Origin: the human T2T-CHM13v2.0 reference genome, Homo sapiens
Length of the DNA: 64,000 nucleotides
NCBI RefSeq assembly: GCF_009914755.1
Contig: NC_060929.1
Direction: 5' to 3' (one strand)
The stretch's first letter is position 1; each line of letters begins with the position of its first letter. Shown here piece after piece: positions 12,925-24,200 of the stretch. Below the pieces are notes generated by a model. It was not told where the DNA came from and ran no database searches. It saw only the letters and a program-made list of their open reading frames with translations. The position numbers were made by a program, and so were the translations under genes.

Positions 12925-14075
12925 TATAGTATTTTTCTGTTGCTGCTAAACAAACTACGCAATTGTAACAGCTTTAATAACACGTTTATCATCACTGAGT
13001 TTCTGGGGACTGGGAGTCAGGATCTGACTCAGCTGGGTCCTCTGCTTGGGCCTCCGCAGGCTGTAGCCAAGGTGTTGTCCAGGAGTGAGTTCTCATCAGA
13101 GGCTTGACTGGGAAGGATCTGCCTCCAAGCTCTCTCAGTTGTAGAATTCATTTCTTGTAGCTATAAGATTTTAAGAGAGTATAACTGTTTTCTGAGATTC
13201 TGTATTTCTCTATTTGGCATCCATTCATCGCAGGGCCAATTTATATTAACGAAATTTTCTTATTTTATGTGTTCTTGATACCATGGTATGTGAGGGCCTT
13301 ACAGACCTAGGGAAAGACTGCCCTTCCCATGGCTGGCTAGTTCCTACATATAACCATAACCAATAATAACCTGCCCACAGCATGCCTTTCATATGCAAAT
13401 TGATCCATCCTGATTCTACAGACACAGCCATCTGTTTATCAAACACCCGCATGCCAACCCAATATTATTCCTGCCCTGAATTTACCCAAGGCCAAGTACC
13501 AGACAACTCAGGACATCCCCTATGACCCAAGGCCACCAGAATTCTGCAAAGTAGCCAGCTCTAAACTGTTCTCTTTGATTTGCTCTGCCTTGCCTTTCCC
13601 ATGGAGCCCCAGCACAGGGTCTGGCCTTGGCATTCCCTTGCTTCTGCTTCTGCCTCCCTACAAAACCTGTGCTTCTCCCTCCTGTGGCCCTGCGTGGCAT
13701 GGCGTGGCATGGCAGGGTGGAGTGTGCCCTTTCTTCGGACATGCAAATAATAAAAATATTATTTTAGTGGCATTTGCCTCTCCATATAATCACTCAGTCA
13801 TACCTCTATAAATGAAATCCTGGGCAGTTTTATAACTAGGATTCATGGCACCTTGCATTTTCAAAGCCAGATACAGAATGGAACTCCAGGGTGAGTCTAC
13901 CGGAAAGATGAGTCTGACCCATGGCAAAGCCATCAAAGGTCAGGACCGACAGCCCATTGCCACTGCCAGATGCCATTGGCTAGAAGCACATCATGAGTCC
14001 TCCCAAACTCAAGAGAATTGGGTTCCCATTGGGAGGCAGGGATTGGGGGGCCACCTTTAAGTTTATCCAGCCCAA
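12925..14075 (-). mobile_element. MLT1E/F-like MaLR LTR split by MER74
   Basis: ttgctgctaaacaaactac...cagctgggtcctctgct...gaggcttgactgggaaggatctgcctccaagctc (12925-13170). Resumes at ~13840-14075 (ccattggctagaagcacatca...gggggccaccttta). Confidence 0.65.
13186..13835 (+). mobile_element. MER74-like ERVL LTR
   Basis: gactgcccttcccatggctggctagttccta, cctttcatatgcaaa, ggccaagtaccagacaactcaggacatcccctatg and tgtggccctgcgtggcatggcgtg match recalled MER74. Confidence 0.8.
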
Positions 14076-15089
14076 TAAATGCATTTGCAACAAGATCATG
14101 TGAATTGAGTTTTTTAAAAACAAAGCAAAACAGATACATACATTTTACCAACTAGCACATTAACTTCTTAATGCTTATGGTTTAGTAAATCTAAGCTCTA
14201 AAATACTGTGCACTGCTAATGTGTTAGAAATACATAGAGGCTGCATGGATGCGTGCAATTGCACAGTGATGTGTCTAACTAGGTGATATGCCTGGCTCAG
14301 TAGGTGTTCACTTTGATTTAGTAGATTACGTGTCTGTTTCAGCAGAAAATTCATGTTGTGTCAACAGGTAACGAGCACATCTGATTTCATTCTTGATATA
14401 TATGGCTCAATTGGTGATCTATTTCTTTTTAGTTGGTGTTTATTTTTCCTATGAATGATTTATCTGTTTTAGAATGAACTGTGTCAACTACTGCACATGG
14501 TATATTAATTTCAGTGTGTTATGCAAACATTTCCTGGGTAATACACCTTATTCCATCTTTATTTGCTCTCACTAGCAACATCATATCTTTTCTTTATTTG
14601 AATTAAATAGCTTTTCAAAGAAGGCTATTCTCCTTGAGGACTGCAGGGTGATGGGTGATGCAGGGTGCATGGAAAGGGAGGTTTCATTTAGAGAACATTT
14701 TTTATTACTTCTGGCATGAGAGTGTTTAATACATTAAGCATTTAGCTCCAAACACTACAGAATGTGCCATGATGTAATTGTATAAAGTTGGGTTACATAT
14801 TTTCTCTATAGTTCCAACCAAAGATTGAATTATTGAGATATTAAAGGAGTTTTAAACTATTTAAATATATGTAATATAACATGTGACTTAATGAAGACAC
14901 AAGAGAATAGATATGACTATTTGCATTTCACAGCAGCAAGTGAACATAGCAGCAGCCATGGAGAAACATGGCATGGGCAGGCAGCTCATCAGAACACCAG
15001 ATCCCTTCCATTGAGAGAAAACTGTCAGGCCTGTTTCCCACTGCCATGGTATGCTTTCCTGCTCCATCCTCCAGATTCCAAAATCACAC

Positions 15090-15560
15090 TACTGCCTTAT
15101 CCAGAGCTATCACTGTGCATCAGGCTAGTGCCCGATCTGGAATCGTCAACATATACCAAGCAGTGCCTGATCTGGAACCATCACTTTACACATGGCAAGC
15201 ACCTCATCTGGAACCATCACTGTACACAAGGCAGTGCCTGATCTGGAACCATCACTGTACACCAGTCAGTGCCTGTTCTGGAACCATCACTATACACCAG
15301 TCAGTGCCTGTTCTGGAACCATCACTATACACCAGTCAGTGCCTGATCTGGAACCATCACTGTACACGAGTCGGTGCCTGATCTGGAACCGTCACTGTAC
15401 ACGAGTCGGTGCCTGATCTGGAACCGTCACTGTACACCAGTCGGTGCCTGATCTGGAACCGTCACTGTACACCAGTCAGTGCCTGATCTAGAGCCATCAC
15501 TGTGAACAGGCAGCACCTGGCCTGGAACTGTCAGTATGCAGTGGCTAGTGCTTCATCTGG
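15090..15560. repeat. Minisatellite, 35-bp unit (cagtgcctgatctggaaccatcactgtacaccagt), about 13 copies with degenerate edges
   Basis: Exact 35-bp periodicity at 15231-15500. Further degenerate copies lie at ~15685-15780. Confidence 0.95.
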
Positions 15561-15806
15561 TTGCATTTAGGAAATAGTAAAGGAGTTTTAAACTGTTTAA
15601 ACATAGCCTTGACTGCAGACAGCACTGAGTGGCTGACATATATAACATAACACAGCATAACAACCCAACACAACACTAGAATAATGTCAGATCCAGAGCC
15701 ATTACTCCACATAAGGCAGTATCTGATTTGGAACCATTACACTATACTAGGGCAGTGCCAGGTCTGGAACTGCAACTCTATCCCAAGCTGATGATCAAAC
15801 TCATTA

Positions 15807-15809
<3 letters not shown>

Positions 15810-15838
<29 letters not shown>
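15810..15838. repeat. (TG)n microsatellite
   Basis: Pure GT run of about 14 units. Confidence 0.95.
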
Positions 15839-15841
<3 letters not shown>

Positions 15842-16297
15842 TTGTGGTATAATCTGCATACGGTAAAATGCTCTGCCAAGTTTAAGAGCATCATTTGATC
15901 AGTTTTCATAAATGTGTTCCTCAATGCACAGCATATCCGTCACCCAGAAAGTTCCTCCCTGCCAATTTCTAGTTGATCCTGCTCACCTCGCAAATACTCA
16001 TGTATCTGACATCTACCACCATAAGTTAATTTTGCTTATTTTAGAGAATGTCATGAACATTGAATCATGTAAGTTTCTTCTCGTGTTCAGTTTCTTTCAT
16101 TGAGCTTGAAAGTGTGGATACTCATCTACACTGTTGTGTGCATCAATACCGTGTTCCTTTTGATGCTGAGAGGCATCCCCTTGCATAGAACGCACAGTGG
16201 ATGCTTCCATTCTAGGGTGGATGTCATTTATGGTTTAGACTAATATGGATAAAGCAGCCATGCACATTCTTGTATAACACTTTCTGTAGGTATAATT

Positions 16298-16424
16298 TTA
16301 TTTCTCTTGGATAAATACTTAGAAATTTAATTGTTGAATTATTTCTCTTGGATAAATACTTAGAAATTTAATTGTTGAATTATTTCTCTTGGATAAATAC
16401 TTAGAAATTTAATTGTTGAATTAT
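16298..16424. repeat. Perfect 41-bp tandem triplication
   Basis: ttatttctcttggataaatacttagaaatttaattgttgaa x3, identical, at 16298, 16339 and 16380. Confidence 0.97.
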
Positions 16425-17653
16425 ATGATAGATGTATTTTAATTTTTTTTAACCGCCAAAAAGTTTTCAAAAGTTGTTTTGACGTTTTACGCTCTAAACA
16501 AGTAAGAGTTCTGGTTGTTCTACGGCCTCTTCAACATTTATTGTTGTCAAACTATAAAAATTTCAGTCTATCTAGTGAATATACAGTCATATTTTATGAT
16601 GGTTTCAATTTGCATTTTCCTGAGATCTAAAGATATTCATCACATTTTCATTTGCTATTTGTATGTCTTCTTTTGTTTGCTCCTGTTCAAGCCTTGAGTG
16701 TATTTTTATTTATTTTAATTGGGCTGTAGGAGTTATTTATACAAGAATTTTTGTATAAATACATTGCTAATGTATTTATTGCTAATACATCAACCACTTT
16801 GTGACTTTATCATCAAGATTTTTTTGATGGGCATAAATTTTTAATTATGATAAATTTTAATTTATCATTATTTTAAGATTCTACCCCCTTTTTTTTTTAA
16901 TTCTCCGGGAAATCTTTGCCTGTCCTAAATTTGAGAAGTGATTATTCTGTTCTTCTGATTTCTACTAGAAGATTGAATGTTTTCACTTTATATTGTGCGT
17001 AGTGTAAAATAAAAATATAATTCCTTTTTTTTTTTTTTGCTTTTACATATTCAGTTGTTCCAGAACCATTTGTTGAAGAAATTTTCTTTTTTCCATTGAG
17101 TTTCTTTGTCATCCTTGTTGAAAATTATTTGATTTGGTAAGTGTGGGTCAATTTTGGGATTTCCTACATTGCTACATTGTTATATTTTTAAATCACTTTT
17201 TTAATCCCTCTTTGGGGTAATTACTGTACCTTTGTATTTTCTTGAATGTATATGGATGATGTTCTTTAATTTTGTTTTTCTATTTGAATCTGGATATTCA
17301 TATGTTAATTACTATTTTTGTCCTTTGTCTTTCCAAATAAATTTTAAATAATCTTGTCGATTTTTAGAAAAAAAATCTGTAAAAAGTTTTATTGGAATTG
17401 CATTGAAATAAATCAATTTTGGAAACACTGACATCATAATAATGAATCTTTCAACACGTGAACATGGTATATCTCACCTTTATTTAAATTTCCTTTAATT
17501 ATTCTCATCAGCATTTTATAGTTCCCAGTATATAGTCCCACATATTTTTTGTTACTACAGAGTTGACATTTTTTGATGCTATTGTAAATGATACTGATTT
17601 TTCCATTTTATTTTCTAATTGTTCATTTCAAGTATATAGGAATTTAATTTCTT

Positions 17654-17947
<294 letters not shown>

Positions 17948-18776
17948 GGAATTTAACTTCTTAATATTGAATTCTGCAACATTGTCAAGTCTACCTATTA
18001 GTTCTAATAATCTTCTTAGATATTCATTAGCATTTATGCTACACAATTATGGGATCTGTGAATAAATCCAGTTTTACCTCTTTTTAATCTGAATGTCTTT
18101 TATTGTTTTGCTGTCTTGGCTAGAGTTTCGTATTAATGTTGAATAAGAGCAACGAGTGTGGACCTCCATGTGTCATCCTCAAACTTAAGTGGAAAGCACT
18201 TAATTTCTCACCGTTATGTGTGAAATTCACTGTTGATCGTGCAGTTAGTGCCTTGATCAGGAATTAAAGGAAGGCTCTTTTAATTCCTCAGGTGCACAGT
18301 GTTACCATAAATGCTTTTGTATTTTGGCAAGTGCTATTTTTCTATGTTTATTAATATGATTAGATGACTTATTTCCATTCTCAATCTATTAATGTGGCAG
18401 ATTCTATTGATTAATTTTGTTAATATAATCATATGACTTGTTTCTGTCCTCAATCTATTAACATAGTAGATTATATTGATTAATTTTGTGCATTAAACAG
18501 ATCTTTCATCTTTATTAAGTACACCCAGCTTGATCAAGGGGTCTATTGTTCTGTACATATATTGCTGAATTCGGTATCTAGTATTTTTAGATGATTTTGT
18601 GTCTAAAATCATGAGAGACACTAGAGTTTAATTTTTTGGTTTTGTCATCAAGGTTTTATCTAATGGCCTCACAAAATAAGTTAGATGTGTTTTCTCTTCC
18701 TCTGTGTTCTAAAAGAGTTGTCTGTGTTTGAAATTATTTCCCCCTTAAACGTCTGATAGAAATAGAATCAGTAAAA

Positions 18777-18996
18777 CAAGCTTGTTGAACCCACGGCCCG
18801 AGGGCTGCATGCCGCCCAGGATGGCTTTGAATGTGGCCTAACACAAATTTGTAAACTTTCTTAAAACATTATGAGATATTTTGGCAGTTTTTTAAAAACT
18901 CATCAGCTGTTTCTAGCGTTAGTATATTTTATGTGTGGCCCAAAACAATTGTTCTTCCAATGTGACCTAGGGAAGCCAAAAGATTGGATACTCCTG
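18777..18996 (-). mobile_element. MER30 (hAT-Charlie MITE), full length
   Basis: caagcttgttgaacccacggcc ... gggaagccaaaagattggatactcctg. 8-bp TSD cagtaaaa / cagtacaa, the length typical of hAT elements. Confidence 0.92.
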
Positions 18997-20050
18997 CAGT
19001 ACAACTTTCAGGGTTTGAAGTTTTCTTTGTGGTAAGATTTTTACTTCATAATTTATCATACTCAATGGACATGTGTCTACTTAGATTTTCAATTTCTTTG
19101 CAGTGTTTTTTTAAATTATCAATTTTCTCTAAGGTGCTCTATTTATATTAATAAGCGACTTAGTTGTTGTTATATATCCACTAAGTTACTGCTATATATC
19201 CACTCTTACCATTTTCATCTGTGGGATCTCTAATGATGTTTGCTCTTTGTAATTTGTGCAGAGAGCTTCATCATAAATGCTGTGTCCTCTTTTCCCCTTT
19301 GTGAATCTTGCTAGAGGTTTCCCAATTTGATTTATATTTTTAAAGAAATAACTTCTGACTTTGTTGAACTTTCTCATTGTTTTTCTGGTTATTCTTTACA
19401 TTTCACTGACTTCCACTCTTATTCGTAGTATTGACTCTTCTTTATATTTGGAATTTAATTTTTTTCTACCTCTTTAGATATAAATAGAAGAAATGTATTT
19501 TATACCTTCCATCTTTTCTAATACAGGCATCTAAAGCTATAAATGTACTTCCGATGACTGATTTAGCTGCATTTCAAAACTTTTGACGTGTTATGGTATC
19601 ATTAATCAATTACATTTTTGTCTCTTCTGTTGTGGTTTCTTCCTTAATTCATGAGTTATTTAGCTTTTTAAATATTTAATCTCCAAATATTTAAGATTTT
19701 CTAGAAATCTTATGATTATTGCTTTTTATATGACTACCACTTTTTTCAGAGAACGTGCTTTCTATTATTTTGATGCAATATAAGGTCTCTGTAGGCGAAC
19801 ATTCCCTGTGACTCCACTCTTGTTGGGAATAGTGGTCTATCATTAATAGATCAGGTTAGTTGGTTGATGCTTTACTATCTTAGACTTTTGGAAAGTTTTG
19901 GTTTCAGGGTGCTGTCACAATCTTTTATTGGCCAATTTATGGACAGGTAAAGAAAGCTTTTGTGAAAGGGGGAGCAATCTGGTGTGGTGAAGTCATTGGC
20001 TGATAACAGAAAGGAGGTGTGCGGTGAGGCGGAGATGGTCAGTGGAGAGG

Positions 20051-20258
20051 CACCCATTCCTGGGGAGTGGCCCCTTCTACCAGGTACAGATGACCTTTCC
20101 CCACCCATCCCTAGGGAGTGGGTCCCTCCTACAAGCCACAGATGACCTTTCTCCACCCATCCCTGAGGAGTGGGCTCCTTCTACAGGCCACAGATGACCT
20201 TTCTCTACCCATCCCTGAGGAGTTGGCCCCTTCTATAAGCCACAGATGACCTTTATTC
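20051..20258. repeat. Minisatellite, ~52-bp unit x4
   Basis: cacccatccct..ggagtgg..ccttctac...ccacagatgacctttc recurs at 20051, 20102, 20154 and 20206. Confidence 0.93.
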
Positions 20259-20274
20259 CCCCTTGTAGTCTGCT

Positions 20275-20505
20275 CTAGGGGCCAGCAGTCCTTTTTTTAA
20301 AACAGCCAGGTAGTAAATATTGAACATAATAAACACTGTGGGGCAAGAGGCAAAATTGGGGCTATTACATAAGGTACTTACATAACCCTATACACATATG
20401 GTGCTTATATAATTTTAAATATATTTAAAATTCTTCAACTGTAGTGTGTAGTAAAACAGATAATTGGCCAGTTCTGGCCCACTGGCCATAGTTTGTCAGC
20501 CTTTG
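20275..20505 (+). mobile_element. MER58-like (hAT-Charlie) remnant
   Basis: gccaggtagtaaatatt, ctgtggggcaagaggcaaaatt and tggcccactggccatagtttgtcagcctttg. Confidence 0.7.
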
Positions 20506-20701
20506 CATCATATCCTGAGAACATTCTGCTCAACACTGGATCAAGAGGATAAAACAGATGACAAACTGAATGAGTTTTTCGGCAAAATTTGAGATTTGGG
20601 TGAAATGCAGTTAAACAGAAAGTTTTTATTGTGAAATTCTCAGGGTCTAATATACAACATAAATTAGGAATCTCCAAAAGGGGCTTAAAGAAGAAAGTAC
20701 T

Positions 20702-21008
20702 GGCCAGGCGTGGTGGCTCACACCTGTAATCCCAGCACTTCAGGAGGCTGAGGCGGGTGGGTCACCTGAGGTCAGGAGTTCGAGACCAGCCTGGCCAACA
20801 TGGAGAAACCCCGTCTCTACGAAAAATACAAAAATTAGCAGTCGGGCGTGGTGGTGCAGGCCTGTAATCTCAGCTACTTGGGAGGCTGAGGCTGGAGAAT
20901 TGCTTGAACACAGGAGGTCAAGGTTGCAGTGAGCCAAGATCACACGACTGCACTACAGCCTGGGCAACAAGAGTGAAACTCCATCTCAAAAATATAATAA
21001 AATAAAAT
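20702..21008 (+). mobile_element. AluS (Sq/Sp-like)
   Basis: cacctgaggtcaggagttcgagaccagcctggccaacatggagaaacc and gggcaacaagagtgaaactcc. TSD agaagaaagt(a/g)ct at 20689-20701 and 21009-21021. Confidence 0.95.
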
Positions 21009-21026
21009 AGAAGAAAGTGCTTCCAC

Positions 21027-21950
21027 TGTGGTTTGAATGTATATGTCCCCTCCGAAATTCATGTATTGAAACTCAATCACCAATACGATAGTATTAAGAG
21101 GTACGGCCTTTAGGAGATGATTAAGCCAGGAGGTCAAAGTGTAGAGAAGGGCATCCGGGCCTTTGGAAAGGGGCTTCACACAGCACTCGGTTGTCTTCCG
21201 CCCTTCTGATATAGGAGCTGAAAAGAAATTATTTAGGCAGATAGCGAGGGTAAGAGAGTTCTCAGTGAAATTTCCTTTTAATAAAAAACAGCCTCCAAAT
21301 CATTTCTTTTCTAACAAAACGCAGCCTGAAAAATCAAGCTGCAAACATAGATAAGCAAGCTGGAAGCCTGCATGGTAAATGCCGGCAGCTGTGCCAGTAG
21401 AAAGGGGTACCTGAAAGCCAGGTATGTTCAACATGGAGGCTCCCTCTGCTGTTTTCTTTGGTGCCACATGTGCAGAAAAGCAGAAGGGAAGATGGCGCCG
21501 GCCGTGTAGAGAACCCATCTACATGATAAAAGCTTAGGATGGGGTGGCCACCTTCTTCGCACACTATAAATGGCACACCTGGTCCAACCAATCCTCTGCC
21601 CCCTATGTAAATCAGACACCATCTCCTCAAGCTCATCTATAAACCAACCACATTTCACCGTGAGCTGGGGAAATCCACTCAGAACCCCCTCCCTCTGCAC
21701 AAGGGAGCTTCTCTCTTTTGCCTATTAAACTTCCTTGGCATGAGGCAAGGGACCTCGGGTATTAGCCCAGATGAATGACGCCACTGCACTTCCATCCCTT
21801 CCGCCCTGTAAGGACCCAGCGCTCCTCCCTCCTGGGGATGCAGAAACAAGGCGCCATCTTGGAAGCAGGGATACTGATACATTTCTATTGTGTATAAGTT
21901 ACCCAATCTCTTTGTACTGTTTCGCTGTAGCAGTACAAAGGGCAAAGGCA
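21027..21950 (+). mobile_element. MST-type (MSTC/D-like) MaLR LTR split by an ERV1 solo LTR
   Basis: tgtggtttgaatgtatatgtcccctccgaaattcatgtattgaaac... Resumes at 21789 with caaggcgccatcttggaagcag...tataagttacccaatctc. Confidence 0.8.
21207..21788 (+). mobile_element. ERV1 solo LTR, LTR43-like
   Basis: TG...CA termini and a perfect 4-bp TSD cttc (21203-21206, 21789-21792). CCAAT at 21588, TATAAA at 21638, ATTAAA at 21724. The family name is from recall. Confidence 0.85.
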
Positions 21951-24079
21951 ATAGATTGGTTTCATTTTGCTAAGGTTCTTGTGGGTCTGGAGGTGTGGTG
22001 TGCCTTCAGACAGTCTAGAAAACATGGGTGGAAACCTAGCTTTTGAAAACTAACTCTCCCTTTTCACTCTTGGTATTCTAAATATGGAAATTGCTGTGAC
22101 CTATTGTGTTTTGTAAATTTTAGAAATTAATTTCTCTTACTTCTAATAGGATATCTTGTGCTGCAAAATGTAAGTTATGACTGAATCCACTGGCAAGAGA
22201 AATAAACAAGGCTACTGCTGAATCTTGTACATTGATGATGTAAAATACATAGAAAATGACAAATCCTTACAAACTTGAGTTATACAAGTCAATGCCAGCA
22301 GTCTCTCAGCTATTATGTTTCAAGCACTTCACCTCGTCTGTATTTCACTTGGGGTTTTAAGTTTGGGTGCAGGTTTTAAGGTAAATAAAGCCTGAATTCC
22401 AAGCTGCTTCTGTACTCATGATGACCCTGACTTTATTAGTAATGGGATCTAATGACATCACTTTTTGACATTCATGATCTTTAACCTAGTTTGATCTAAA
22501 CCAGACTCCTTGGGAATGATATCATTAAGGTAAATCCCTGAAAGGAGACCCAGTCACTTTAGTATGAACCATTTAGAGGTATTAGGTTACTGGGAATGGC
22601 TTCACCTATCACTTTTTTCTTCCTTGGGCAATACATACCATATCAAAACTGCAGAGAAGGGCAGCGGATAATTGTTGTTTTTAGTAATAACACTCCCTCT
22701 AAGTCATACCAGAATTCTAATTATGCATATGGGTAGACTTATTTAAATGTGGCTTTTTTTTTTTCCTTAAGCAGATCTTAACTCTTAGAGTCTACACTTC
22801 CCTCCACATTTGAAAAAAAATGTCTAGCATTAATGCAAAGGTAATTTTAGATACACCTTGTGTTTGTGTGTATAGGATAAAGTACCAGTGTCTATATGAA
22901 TATGCTCCTCGCTCTAGGAAAAAGTTGTGAGAATTATCGACAAATATTTTATATATGAACCAAATCTGTACATGCAAAAGGGTATGTCAGGGCCCCTGCC
23001 TGCCTGTCTTCTTTGCTGCTGTCCCAAGATCTGGTCATGTTTTCTGTTCCTGCTCCCAGAAGCCTCCTCTCTGGTCTCCTGGTTTCTACTGATGTCCCCA
23101 AAAAGCATTCTCTAAAGAGCAGCAGAGTGTTGACCTCACATGTCAAGGCTAAAATGAAACTACCTCCACACCCAGCTATGCCAGCCAGTCCTACAATATT
23201 GATAAAGTGTTAGTATTAATAAATACTAACTGGATAAACTATCTCCAGCAAGAATTACCATTGTTTTCTTGATCTGACAGAGACATGAGACTTCATTTTC
23301 TTCCTCCTCTTAAATCACTAGTTCATACATCTGATTCGGAAAAAAAAAAATTAGCAAACTCTTCAGAGAAGAAAAGCAATGCATCTCAAATTATTACTAG
23401 AAAAAAGTACTTTATATTCTCGATAAATGTGAACTTCATCATACTACAAAGATGCACTGTAACTCCTGATAAATTATCCCGTCCACCTTTGCAAAGCTCC
23501 TGAGTAATTGCTATGCTAAGCTGGTTGGGTAGGACAAACCCCTCAACATTTGGCTTATGCAGAAATGAAGGTATGAGCTCCTGGGTGTGCCTGGCTTCCG
23601 GTACAGGTGGCCATGTTTCTAAGAAGAGAACCCAGGTTTGTTGGCCTCAGCTCAGTTTGTGCTGCTTCTGCCGCAGGTCCTGTGTGTAAAGGGGTGCTCG
23701 GGATTCAAGACCTGTGGGCCACAGCAGGAGGCCGGATACCAGGAACCTGGACAAACTCCTGTTTCCCCGATTGGCTCTGACTGGGCCCCAGCCAGTTTCT
23801 CACCAAACACTCCCCATAGCTGGGCCTGTGATGAGCTCCTTTCCTCCTGGCTGCTCCTGGCTTCACCTGTGAGGTGTGTTCAGGAAAGTGGATGCTGGGA
23901 TCAGGCATGGGGAGGGCTGGTTTCCCCACGGGTGCTGTCAGAAGCTCTGTTAGTTCTTCCTAGCTGAGGAAAGTCTTACCAACAAGACCCACTATGAGTA
24001 GCAAGCTGCAGTGCCACCTCTGCCAACACCAGGGGCAGAGACCAAAGTGGAAGCCACTGTCTGCTGGCCCCTGGTTAGG

Positions 24080-24200
24080 TGACATGGTGGCAAGTCACCC
24101 AGCCTCCCCAGGCTGAGTTTCCCAGTTTCCTCCTCTGTGAAATGGGAATCATGCTTCCCACGGATGCCCCTCTAAGAAATATAGTGAGACTGGGGGGACC
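24080..24200 (+). mobile_element. MIR fragment
   Basis: ggcaagtcacccagcctc...cagtttcctcctctgtgaaatgggaatcat. Confidence 0.65.

Noticed and set aside
15090-15560. CRISPR-like appearance of the 35-bp (and 23-, 37-bp) repeats
   Set aside because: The units are head-to-tail with no unique spacers, there are no cas genes, and the context is primate DNA.
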